NCBI GenBank assembly: GCA_965203175.1
Contig: OZ241867.1
Coordinates: 2,336,001-2,400,000 of the forward strand
DNA length: 64,000 bases
Reading direction: 5' to 3'
From: Candidatus Latescibacterota bacterium
Lineage (GTDB): Bacteria; Latescibacterota; UBA2968; UBA8231
Below the pieces are notes generated by a model, which had not been told where the DNA came from, did not search any database, and was given only the letters and a program-made list of their open reading frames with translations. The position numbers and the translations under genes were made by a program. Of the stretch, positions 21,780-30,576 are shown one piece after another (the stretch's first letter is position 1; each line of letters opens with the position of its first letter).

Positions 21780-23177
21780 ATGCCAGCCAAAAAGACCAAC
21801 GTCATTCTCTTCGGCATCGACAGCCTGCGCGCCGATCACATGAGCTGCTACGGCTACCACCGCCAAACCACGCCCCATATTGACCGCTTTGCCGCCGATG
21901 CCGTGCTTTTTGAAAAGAACTATTCGGCCCACATTCCCACGACGTCGGCCTACGCCTCTATGCTCACCGGCCTCGATTGTTTCGGCACGAGCGTCGTGGC
22001 CTTGCGCCATCGCGGCGGCTTGCCCAAAAAGATCCGCACCCTGCCCGAGATCCTCCGCAGCAACGGCTACAACACTTCGTGCGTGGGATTCTCGGGCAAC
22101 CCCAGTTCGCGCGGCTTTAACCGCTATTTGGACTACCCAGGTTGGGGATCCTTTGCCGAAGGCCGCAGCCCCAAGGCCGAGAACCTCAATCAAGTCGCCA
22201 TTCCCGAGTTGGAGCGGTTGGCGCGCTCGAAGAAGCCCTTCTTCCTCTTCTTGCGCCACATGGATCCGCACGCCCCCTATCTGCCGCCGGCTCCCTTTGA
22301 GCGGATGTTTTACAGCGGCAACGAATTCGACCCCAAAAACAAGAGCATGGAGCCGGTGTTCAGCTTCAAGCCCTTCTGCGACTTTTTCGCCGATTGGATG
22401 CCGCCTGGGGTACGTGACCGCCACTACGTGGACGCCCAGTACGACGGTGCCGTCGCCTATATGGACGCCTGCATCCAGCGCATTCTCACTCGCGTCGAAG
22501 AGCTGGGCTTGGGCGACAATACCTTAATCGTCATCAACGGCGACCACGGCGAAACTCTGTACGAGCACGAGTGCTGGTACGACCACCACGGCATGTACGA
22601 AAACACGCTGCACGTGCCACTGATCATCCGCCTGCCCGGCAAGTTGCCCCTCGGCAAGCGCGTCGCGGGCACCGCACTACACCAAGATTTGGTGCCCACC
22701 GTGCTCAAGCTCCTCAACATCCGCACGGACATCGCATTCGACGGCCGGTCGCTGCTGCCGCTGATCGCGGGCCAAAAGGCCTCCAACTACTCGGATTTTT
22801 ACATCACGGAATGCACTTGGATGCGCAAGCACGGCTGGCGCACCCCGGAGTGGAAGCTGATGGTCGCGCTAGAGCCGGACTTCCACTTCAAGCCCGAAGT
22901 CGAGCTCTACAACTTGGTCGCCGATCCGCTGGAGTTGAAAAACTTGGCTAAAAAAGAGCCGGGGATTGTTGCTGCTCTGAAGGAGCGGATGGAGGCGTGG
23001 ATCGCCAAGCGCGAGCGGGAGACAGGCGAGATTAACCCGATGTACACCAATTTGCAATGGCACGGCGCGAAGACGCACGAGGGGCCGTTTGAGACTTCGC
23101 AACAGGCGTATGACACGCTGCACATTGGTTCGGTGGGTGCGGCAAACAGATTGCAGGCGGGTAACAAAAAGAAATAG
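21780..23177 (+). CDS. Sulfatase/alkaline phosphatase superfamily protein with non-canonical active site
   Basis: NVI...DSLRAD, TPHID, PFFL...DPHAPY, YDG.V.Y.D, GDHGE and HVPLII motifs. Confidence 0.88.
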   Translation: MPAKKTNVILFGIDSLRADHMSCYGYHRQTTPHIDRFAADAVLFEKNYSAHIPTTSAYASMLTGLDCFGTSVVALRHRGGLPKKIRTLPEILRSNGYNTSCVGFSGNPSSRGFNRYLDYPGWGSFAEGRSPKAENLNQVAIPELERLARSKKPFFLFLRHMDPHAPYLPPAPFERMFYSGNEFDPKNKSMEPVFSFKPFCDFFADWMPPGVRDRHYVDAQYDGAVAYMDACIQRILTRVEELGLGDNTLIVINGDHGETLYEHECWYDHHGMYENTLHVPLIIRLPGKLPLGKRVAGTALHQDLVPTVLKLLNIRTDIAFDGRSLLPLIAGQKASNYSDFYITECTWMRKHGWRTPEWKLMVALEPDFHFKPEVELYNLVADPLELKNLAKKEPGIVAALKERMEAWIAKRERETGEINPMYTNLQWHGAKTHEGPFETSQQAYDTLHIGSVGAANRLQAGNKKK

Positions 23178-23260
23178 TGGCAGCGCCATGCGTTCTTGTG
23201 CAGGTTGCGCCCGCTCCCATATTGTCTAGGAGTGGGCGCAACTTATAGAGGAGAGTTACT

Positions 23261-23824
23261 ATGACCACACAACCACAAAACCGCGCCTTCACAGTCAGCG
23301 AATACTATCGCATGGCCGAGGCGGACATTCTCACCGAGGAGGACCGCGTTGAGCTTATCGCCGGGCAGATCGTCGCCATGAGTCCCATTGGTAGCCGCCA
23401 CGCCGCTTGCGTCGATCGGCTGAACAGTCTATTGCATAGCCAGCCAAGGCTAGCCGGTATCGTCCGCGTCCAAAGCCCCATCGCCCTCGACGCGTATTCT
23501 GAACCGGAGCCGGACCTAGTGCTGCTCCGTCCTCGCACCGACTTCTACGCAGAAGCCCATCCGTCGGCGGCCGATGTGCTGCTGGCCGTCGAAGTCGCCG
23601 ATACGTCGGCTGACTACGACCGCGAGGTCAAGCTGCCCCTCTACGCTCAAGCTGGTCTTCCCGAAGTGTGGCTGATCGACCTGCAAAAAGGCCACATCGA
23701 AGTGTACGCCCATCCCGCAGACGGCACTTACCAAGAGACCGTCGAAGTCGCTGCCGACGCTACTCTCACCTCGCCGACAGTAGCCGGCCTAGAACTGGCA
23801 GCCGCCGACGTGTTGGGAGAATAG
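23261..23824 (+). CDS. Uma2 family endonuclease (copy 1)
   Basis: RVELIAG...MSPIG..H, PEPDL, VEVADTS...DR..K..LYA.AG.PE.W motifs. Confidence 0.92.
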   Translation: MTTQPQNRAFTVSEYYRMAEADILTEEDRVELIAGQIVAMSPIGSRHAACVDRLNSLLHSQPRLAGIVRVQSPIALDAYSEPEPDLVLLRPRTDFYAEAHPSAADVLLAVEVADTSADYDREVKLPLYAQAGLPEVWLIDLQKGHIEVYAHPADGTYQETVEVAADATLTSPTVAGLELAAADVLGE

Positions 23825-23826
23825 CT

Positions 23827-24387
23827 ATGACCACGCAGCCGCAGAAGCGTCCTTTCACGGTCGGCGAGTACTATCGCATGGCCGAGACTGACATTCTCAC
23901 CGAGGAGGACCGCGTTGAACTTATCGCCGGGCAGATCGTCGCCATGAGTCCCATTGGCAGCCACCACGCCGCTTGCGTAAAACGCCTCAATGTGTTGATG
24001 GGAAAAATGGTCGGGGATTCCATGTTGATCGGCGTCCAAGACCCCATCACCCTCGACGCGTACTCATCCCCCGAACCCGACCTAGTGCTGCTCCGTCCCC
24101 GCGCCGACTTCTACGCAGAAGCCCATCCGTCGGCAGTCGATGTGCTACTAGCCGTCGAAGTCTCCGACACGTCGGCCGACTACGACCGCGAGGTCAAGCT
24201 ACCCCTCTACGCTCAAGCTGGTCTTCCCGAAGTGTGGCTGATCGACCTGCAAAAAGGCCATATCGAAGTGTACGCCCGGCCCCACGGCGGTGCGTACCAA
24301 CAGCGCGTCGAAGTCACAGCCGACGCTACCCTCACCTCGCCGACGATCCCCCAGCTCGCATTGGCCGCCGCTGAGTTGTTAGGCTGA
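23827..24387 (+). CDS. Uma2 family endonuclease (copy 2, tandem paralog)
   Basis: Same motifs; long near-identical DNA stretches shared with copy 1. Confidence 0.92.
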   Translation: MTTQPQKRPFTVGEYYRMAETDILTEEDRVELIAGQIVAMSPIGSHHAACVKRLNVLMGKMVGDSMLIGVQDPITLDAYSSPEPDLVLLRPRADFYAEAHPSAVDVLLAVEVSDTSADYDREVKLPLYAQAGLPEVWLIDLQKGHIEVYARPHGGAYQQRVEVTADATLTSPTIPQLALAAAELLG

Positions 24388-24389
24388 CG

Positions 24390-24446
24390 TTACGCTCCCT
24401 CTTTCCACGCCCAATCTAGCCACGGAACAAGCGCTTCGATGTCGCT
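24390..24446 (-). pseudogene. Displaced 3' end of serC ([18 protein letters not shown])
   Basis: 24408-24446 matches serC 26661-26699 over 13 codons with 5 mismatches, all synonymous third-position changes. Confidence 0.85.
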
Positions 24447-24460
24447 GTCTTGAAATACCT

Positions 24461-26572
24461 ATGATCAATACAGATCAAATCAAAACAGTACGAGCGGTTC
24501 GCGAACTACTTGAAGAAGTAGCTCGTTCTGACAGAAGACTTGTCTATTGGGTTGGCGCAGGAGCAAGTGCATGGGCTGGTTATCCGCTTTGGAATGATCT
24601 TTCTGAGATAGCCCATAAAACTTTCTCACGTTATGAATCGGGTTACGATGCCCAATATGGATTGGAGCTTCTCCAGTCTGGTAATTATCCAACCTTCTTT
24701 GAAAAAATAAAATCTGCTTCTCCTCAGAAATACAATCGACTAATCAAGGATCAATTTACAATACGGGAACCTACTCCTGTTTATAGTAGGTTTTTATCGG
24801 CCGTCTCTTCTATTCAACCAATCCGTCTTATTACCACAAATGTTGACGAGATGCTGGAGAAAGGTTTGGAAGGCGTACAGACAGTACAACGAGATGATAT
24901 TGAGCAAATCTTAGATCTTAATTCTTCAGATAAATCATATCTTCTTAAGCTGCATGGTAGTGTTTCAGACATTGAATCAGTAATTTTTACCAAGTCTGAT
25001 TACGATTCTTTTTGGTGCAGCTCTCGTATCTCCGATATCCTTTCTAAGATAGTCGTCGAGTCCTCGTTAGTATTTGTCGGGTACAGCTTGCAAGACCAGT
25101 CAGTAGTAGAGCTTCTTGAGTGGTCAGATCAACTCCGTAGTCTTCTTGGAGATGGCCCCCACTTCGCAATACTTCCTCAAGATAACACTCAGTTACCTCC
25201 AAGTGTAAGGATTATCGAATACAAACCGATACCTCACAAAGATCACCGAGCCTCGATAACCGTAATTGAGGAATTAGCTGCAGAACGAAAAGGCCAAGCT
25301 CCTGATAATAAACCACAAGAAACAGCTTCAAATTTAATAAGCGCACACCTACTCTTTGATATATTTCCTCCAGGAACTTGGAGTACTTCATCTACTGCGG
25401 AGGCGACCTCTGGCTCTGGTGATGAAATTTCTGTAATTAATGGACTAGGCTTTAAAAGCGATGAACTAGCTACTCGACAATCAACTGCTCTAAATGATTT
25501 GCTAGTTGGTCTCACTTGTTTTGATATTGTTTATGCTCCGTTCACCGCGGTCACAAGACTAATTAAATTACTTGGTGAGCCGCTCTTTATGCATCTCGTG
25601 AAGAAGGATGAACTTCGTTTTATTGATTGGGAACGAAAGTTGGTTCTAGTATTCAGATCTAAGGACACCTTGAGGCGAGGTGAACTCAATCTCATTACAG
25701 TATACGATCACAAAAATGGACCTCCTCTTCAAGCAATAGATCACCTAAAACGTTGGCTTAAACCTCAAACTGGAAAGGAATCTCAAGCAGAAGAAACCGT
25801 CGAAATTATAGCAAACCAAACTATAACTATTAAACAAGAACAAGAACAAGAAATTGTTGGTCGTACTAGAGCATTACTTCTAAGTCCACGTATTAGGGAT
25901 ATGCTTGGTGTGAGCGGAGGAGCTCCTTTAGATCAAATTACACAGTGGAACACATTTCCAGTTCTTCGCCTTGGTCATGTAGTTAAAATTGGCACTGCAT
26001 GTAATTTATTAGGCCTCGCTTCTGCTAAATTAGACTTTGGTTCTAATGGTTTAGCAGGACCAGCTTTTGCTACATCTTTTGGTCAAGAATGGTCTGATTC
26101 AGTTGCGAGTTATGTTTTGTGTGGCACTTTCTCAGAAGATCTCGGTAGGTTAGCAGAATCCGATCCAGCACTCATTGCAGCAGTGCTCAAATTCCGAGAA
26201 TCCGCTGCGGGCTTACGCCTACGCGAAGAGGTGATGAGGCAAATTGCGGCCTCTGAGGGGGCTGAGGTTCGCGCTTCCGTGAATGCAGGTCTTAGGCAAC
26301 TTTTGCCAAGTAGTGTAATGGATCAGGCACGGCGTCAGTTCGTTAATCTATATGTCAGTCCTACAAATTTTCAACAACCGAGAGCGATGTTTTGGAATGA
26401 TACACGTTCAGCGGACCAAGCATTGCGTTTATGGCGCGAACGAAGTCTACGCGAATTGAATGAAATATGCCGTAAAGCCAGTATTTCTCAATATGATCCA
26501 TGTCCTTGTGGTTCTGGAGAGAAGTTAAAATTCTGCTGCGAAGAGTCATTGAGATCTAATTTACAGAATTAA
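24461..26572 (+). CDS. SIR2-like NADase domain protein with C-terminal SEC-C zinc motif; probable defence gene
   Basis: VGAGAS..AGYP.W, ITTNVD, LKLHGS and FVGYSL.D motifs; terminal DPCPCGSGEKLKFCC; markedly AT-rich versus its flanks. Confidence 0.85.
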   Translation: MINTDQIKTVRAVRELLEEVARSDRRLVYWVGAGASAWAGYPLWNDLSEIAHKTFSRYESGYDAQYGLELLQSGNYPTFFEKIKSASPQKYNRLIKDQFTIREPTPVYSRFLSAVSSIQPIRLITTNVDEMLEKGLEGVQTVQRDDIEQILDLNSSDKSYLLKLHGSVSDIESVIFTKSDYDSFWCSSRISDILSKIVVESSLVFVGYSLQDQSVVELLEWSDQLRSLLGDGPHFAILPQDNTQLPPSVRIIEYKPIPHKDHRASITVIEELAAERKGQAPDNKPQETASNLISAHLLFDIFPPGTWSTSSTAEATSGSGDEISVINGLGFKSDELATRQSTALNDLLVGLTCFDIVYAPFTAVTRLIKLLGEPLFMHLVKKDELRFIDWERKLVLVFRSKDTLRRGELNLITVYDHKNGPPLQAIDHLKRWLKPQTGKESQAEETVEIIANQTITIKQEQEQEIVGRTRALLLSPRIRDMLGVSGGAPLDQITQWNTFPVLRLGHVVKIGTACNLLGLASAKLDFGSNGLAGPAFATSFGQEWSDSVASYVLCGTFSEDLGRLAESDPALIAAVLKFRESAAGLRLREEVMRQIAASEGAEVRASVNAGLRQLLPSSVMDQARRQFVNLYVSPTNFQQPRAMFWNDTRSADQALRLWRERSLRELNEICRKASISQYDPCPCGSGEKLKFCCEESLRSNLQN

Positions 26573-26633
26573 CAGCCTTCGAAGGCTACAAACGGCAGCC
26601 TTCGAAAGCTTTATTTATTCCAGTTGACAATTC

Positions 26634-27788
26634 TCATCCCTCGCCTTTTATCTCCGCAAACGCCCAATCCAGCCACGGGACTAGCGCTTCAATGTCACTG
26701 GTTTCCACGGTGCCTCCTCCCCAGATCCGCAGGCCGGGCGGTGCGGCGCGGTATCCGTTGATGTCATAGGCCACGCCCTCTTCCTCTAGCTTGGCGACGA
26801 GTGCTTTGACCTTTGCCCGCTGCGCATCCTCGGTTAAATCGGTAAACCACGTATCGGCGATCCGCAGGCAAATCGACGTGCTAGAGCGAATCGCTCGGCG
26901 CGCGGGCAAAAACGCGATCCATTCGCTTGCGGCTTCCCATTGCTCTAGCACTGCGAGGTTGGCCTGCGTGCGCCGCACGAGTTCGGGCAAGCCGCCGATG
27001 CTTTCGGCCCAGCGCAGCCCGTCGAGCGCGTCTTCCACGCACAGTAGGGAGGGCGTGTTGATGGTGTCGCCCTTGAACAGCGCCTCGTTGAGCTGGCCGC
27101 CTTGGGTCATGCGAAAGAGTTTGGGTACGGGCCAAGGTGGCGTGAAGCTGAGGAGCCGCTCGACCGCGCGCGGGCTGAGGCTGAGCATTCCGTGCGCGGC
27201 CTCGCCGCCCATGACCTTTTGCCAAGAGTAGGTTACTACGTCGAGCTTTTCCCAGGGCAGATCCACGGCGAAGACCGCAGACGTGGCGTCGCAGATGATT
27301 AGACCCGTGCGGTCGGCGTCGATCCAGTCGCCGTCGGGCACCTTCACTCCGGAGGTCGTGCCGTTCCATGCAAAAACCACGTCGCGGTCGCAGTCAACTT
27401 GAGACAAGTCGGGCAACTGTCCAAAGTCCGCGTCAAAGACCCGCACGTCCTCTAGCCGCAAGTGTTGGGTGATGTCCGTTGCCCACCCCTTGCTGAAGCT
27501 CTCCCAAGACAGGACATCGACGCCGCGGACGCCCAGCAGCGACCACAGGCACATCTCCACGGCACCCGTATCCGAACCCGGCACTACGGCCATGCGGTAA
27601 TCAGCCGGTACACCCAGTAGCGCACGCGACCGCTCGATGACTTCTTGCAGCTTGGCTCGCCCGACTGCGGCACGGTGCGAGCGTCCTATGACCGCGTCTT
27701 TTAGAGCCGCAAGATTCCACCCGGGGCGTTTGGCGCAAGGGCCGGAGGAAAAACAGGGATTTTGCGGTTTAACTGCTGGCTTGGTCAT
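26634..27788 (-). CDS. serC: Phosphoserine aminotransferase (Methanosarcina/alphaproteobacterial type)
   Basis: [32 protein letters not shown] and GLRIWGG motifs. Confidence 0.93.
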   Translation of the reverse strand: MTKPAVKPQNPCFSSGPCAKRPGWNLAALKDAVIGRSHRAAVGRAKLQEVIERSRALLGVPADYRMAVVPGSDTGAVEMCLWSLLGVRGVDVLSWESFSKGWATDITQHLRLEDVRVFDADFGQLPDLSQVDCDRDVVFAWNGTTSGVKVPDGDWIDADRTGLIICDATSAVFAVDLPWEKLDVVTYSWQKVMGGEAAHGMLSLSPRAVERLLSFTPPWPVPKLFRMTQGGQLNEALFKGDTINTPSLLCVEDALDGLRWAESIGGLPELVRRTQANLAVLEQWEAASEWIAFLPARRAIRSSTSICLRIADTWFTDLTEDAQRAKVKALVAKLEEEGVAYDINGYRAAPPGLRIWGGGTVETSDIEALVPWLDWAFAEIKGEG

Positions 27789-28550
27789 CTACTCGGTCCG
27801 CGCCAGCATCCCGCCGTCCACGGTTAATGAAGTTCCGGTGATGAAGGACGCTTCGTCCGAAGCGAGAAACAGCACGGCGTTGGCGATGTCTTCGCCCGTG
27901 CCCAAGCGCTGAGCTGGTACCATCTTGGCGTAGCGCACTCGCTCCTCCTCCGGCACTTGTAGGTCGTCCCACAAGGGCGTCAGAATGGCACCGGGCAACA
28001 CCGCGCAGACGCGAATGTCTGGCCCGTAGTCAATGGCGAGGGTCCGCGTCAGGCCCAAGACTCCGGCCTTGGCCGCGTCGTAGGCCGTGGCCGTGGCAAA
28101 GCTGACCAGCGAATGCACTGAGCCGGTGTTGATGATCACGCCGCCTCCGGTTTTGCGCATGACTGGGATGCCGTATTTGGCGGCGAGGAAAATCGCCTTT
28201 AGGCCGATGTTTAAGGTGCCGTCCCAATCCTTTTCGTCGAGTTCGGTCGCCGGGCCGTGGCGAAACCATATCGCGTTGTTGTGGACGATATCTACGCGGC
28301 CAAAGGCTTCTTCGGTGCGCTCAAACATCTCGATGACTTGGGCGGACTTGCCCACGTCGGTGCGGACGAAAATGGCTTTGCCGCCGTCGGCCTTGATTTT
28401 ATCGACGACCCGCTGGCCGCCGTCGGCGTTGACATCCACTACGCAGACGGACGCGCCTTCGCGCGCCAGAACTTGCGCGGTGACTTCCCCAATTCCGGAT
28501 GCCGCACCCGTTACAATGGCCGCCTTACCGGCGACTCGATCTTTGTTCAT
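27789..28550 (-). CDS. SDR family NAD(P)-dependent oxidoreductase
   Basis: TGAASGIG, NNA, YDAAK and PG.I.T motifs. Confidence 0.93.
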   Translation of the reverse strand: MNKDRVAGKAAIVTGAASGIGEVTAQVLAREGASVCVVDVNADGGQRVVDKIKADGGKAIFVRTDVGKSAQVIEMFERTEEAFGRVDIVHNNAIWFRHGPATELDEKDWDGTLNIGLKAIFLAAKYGIPVMRKTGGGVIINTGSVHSLVSFATATAYDAAKAGVLGLTRTLAIDYGPDIRVCAVLPGAILTPLWDDLQVPEEERVRYAKMVPAQRLGTGEDIANAVLFLASDEASFITGTSLTVDGGMLARTE

Positions 28551-28591
28551 AGTTGATCTCCTGTGTCAGAAGTTGGGTATGCTGTCTTAAA

Positions 28592-28903
28592 TCACGTCCG
28601 CTCATACTGCACCTCCGCCGAACTAAGTATTTCCTCTCGACGCAGCCAGTTGCGGCTGCTTTCGACTCCCTTGAAAGTGTGCAAATCCACTTGCCGACCG
28701 AGTATCTTCGACAGCTCGTCCTGCATGGTGATGAACTCCAGTCCCGGTGTCTGATCCGGCTCGAACTCCACGAGTACATCTACGTCGCTTTCGGGCGTGA
28801 AGTCGTCGCGCAGGACCGAGCCGAATAGGGCCATGCGCCGGATGTGGTTGCGCTGGCAGAAGGCGGCGATCTCTTCTATGGGGATGTCGATTCTCGCGCT
28901 CAT
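28592..28903 (-). CDS. Minimal nucleotidyltransferase (MNT antitoxin-type), orphan
   Basis: LFGSVLRDDF...SDVDVLVEF and GRQVDL motifs. Confidence 0.9.
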   Translation of the reverse strand: MSARIDIPIEEIAAFCQRNHIRRMALFGSVLRDDFTPESDVDVLVEFEPDQTPGLEFITMQDELSKILGRQVDLHTFKGVESSRNWLRREEILSSAEVQYERT

Positions 28904-28909
28904 GGCTTG

Positions 28910-29254
28910 TCAGACGTGCAATTGCAAGTCAAACACGAGTTCCATATTGGCCCACCACTCGCCCTCTTTGGCTTCGGGCACCTGCTGCTGAAAAGTTCGC
29001 ATCAGCTCGTCCCACTCCTTCGCTTTGGGGTTTTGCTCGACGTAGCGCGGGAAGTCGCGGGCTGGATCGAACTCGTCGGTGGCAGTCATGTACATGAACA
29101 TCCGCTGGCCCAAGAGAAAAATTTTCATGTCGGTGATGCCGACCTCGCCAAGGCCCTGAAGTGGCTCGGGCCAAGGGTCGGCGTGGTATGCCTTGTACTG
29201 GGCGATCAGTTCGGGATCGTCTTTCAACTCAAGGGTTAGGCCAAAGTGCTGCAT
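28910..29254 (-). CDS. L-rhamnose mutarotase family protein
   Basis: LKDDPELI.QY..YH...WPE...GI..M.I.L and WW..ME.VFDL pattern. Confidence 0.85.
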   Translation of the reverse strand: MQHFGLTLELKDDPELIAQYKAYHADPWPEPLQGLGEVGITDMKIFLLGQRMFMYMTATDEFDPARDFPRYVEQNPKAKEWDELMRTFQQQVPEAKEGEWWANMELVFDLQLHV

Positions 29255-30576
29255 TGCGTTCCTCCTTGGTTTTCAGCGCGATAGGCTGCGGCCAAAAGCG
29301 ACACGGGATGGACGACGTCTACGGCGGCTTGGGCGCGGCGGACGCCGTACTGGAGTTGGATGGCGCAGCCCGTGTTGCCCGTGGCCACTGCGGTCGCGCC
29401 GGTCGCGCATACGTGCGCCATCTTGCGGTCGAGTAGCTGCATGGACAGTTCGGGCTGGGTGATGTTGTAGATGCCGGCGCTGCCGCAGCACCAGTCGGCT
29501 TCCACCAGTGGCACGAGTTCCAGATTGGGCACGGCTTGGAGTACCTCTTGCGGGGCTGTGGAAACCCGCTGTCCGTGCTTGAGGTGGCACGACTCGTGGT
29601 AGGCGACCTGTTGTGGGGGCATTGCGGCGCGGGGCTGGCGCAAGCCGATGTCAGCGAGCCACTCGTGGATGTCCTTTACTTTTGCGCTCCACACAGCGGC
29701 TCGCTCCGCATAGGTGGAGTCGTCGGCTAGCAAGCGGTCGTAGTGCTTGCAGTGCAAGCCGCAGCCGCCGGCATTGACGACGATTGCGTCCAGATTTTCA
29801 GCGTCAAAGGCGTCGATGTTGAGCCGCGCCTGCTGCTGCGCCTGTTCGACTGCGCCGTTGTGCGCGTGCAGCGAGCCGCAACACGCTTGGCCTTCCGGCA
29901 GCAGCACTTGGCAGCCGTTGTGCTGCAAGACGCATATTGTATCGGCGTTTACCTCGGCAAAGGAAATGTCTTGGACGCAACCGGCCAACAGCGCGACTCG
30001 GTAGCGCGGTGCGGGCGGATTGGACTGCTGCAAATCTCGACGGTACAACTGGTCGGTAAAGCACGGGGAAATCTGCGGTGCCAGCGGTTCTAAGTCTCCC
30101 AAGCCAAAGGGCAGTAGCCTGAGGAGGCCGCTGCGGCGCGCCAGGGTTTGCAGACCGCTGCGCTGGAATGCGCGCATTAAGCGCGCCACCGTCCGCAGGC
30201 GTGTCTGTTTGGCAAAGAGCCAGCCGAGGATCCAACGGCGCACAAAATTCCGCACTGTACCGTCGAGCAGGCCCTGCCGCTCCACTTCGGCGCGGGCGTT
30301 TTCAAATAGCGCGGCGTAATCCACGCCGGCCGGACATGCGGTCTGACAGGCGAGGCAGCCGAGGCAGAAGTACATCTCTTCGGCAAAGGTCGTACTGGCC
30401 TCTAGCTCGCCATCGGCGATGGCTCGCATCATGGCGATCCGTCCCCTTGGCGAAGAGCGCTCACTCAGGGTCGCGTCGTACGTCGGGCAGGTCGGCAGGC
30501 ACATACCGCAGTGCATGCACTGCTGGAGGACCGAGTAATCCAAGTCTCGGAGCAAGTTCAGGCCGTCGTCGCTCAA
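29236..30576 (-). CDS. glcF: Glycolate oxidase iron-sulfur subunit
   Basis: CMHCGMC..TCPTY, SPRGR, CLGCLACQTACP and CCG domains. Confidence 0.85.
   Translation of the reverse strand: MSDDGLNLLRDLDYSVLQQCMHCGMCLPTCPTYDATLSERSSPRGRIAMMRAIADGELEASTTFAEEMYFCLGCLACQTACPAGVDYAALFENARAEVERQGLLDGTVRNFVRRWILGWLFAKQTRLRTVARLMRAFQRSGLQTLARRSGLLRLLPFGLGDLEPLAPQISPCFTDQLYRRDLQQSNPPAPRYRVALLAGCVQDISFAEVNADTICVLQHNGCQVLLPEGQACCGSLHAHNGAVEQAQQQARLNIDAFDAENLDAIVVNAGGCGLHCKHYDRLLADDSTYAERAAVWSAKVKDIHEWLADIGLRQPRAAMPPQQVAYHESCHLKHGQRVSTAPQEVLQAVPNLELVPLVEADWCCGSAGIYNITQPELSMQLLDRKMAHVCATGATAVATGNTGCAIQLQYGVRRAQAAVDVVHPVSLLAAAYRAENQGGTQCSTLA

Noticed and set aside
26566-26630. attC-like site after SIR2 (TTAAC...GTTGAC with two AGCCTTCGAA(G/A)GCT hairpins)
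   Set aside because: The R boxes are not complementary, there is no long imperfect stem and no integrase; more likely terminator-type hairpins between convergent genes.
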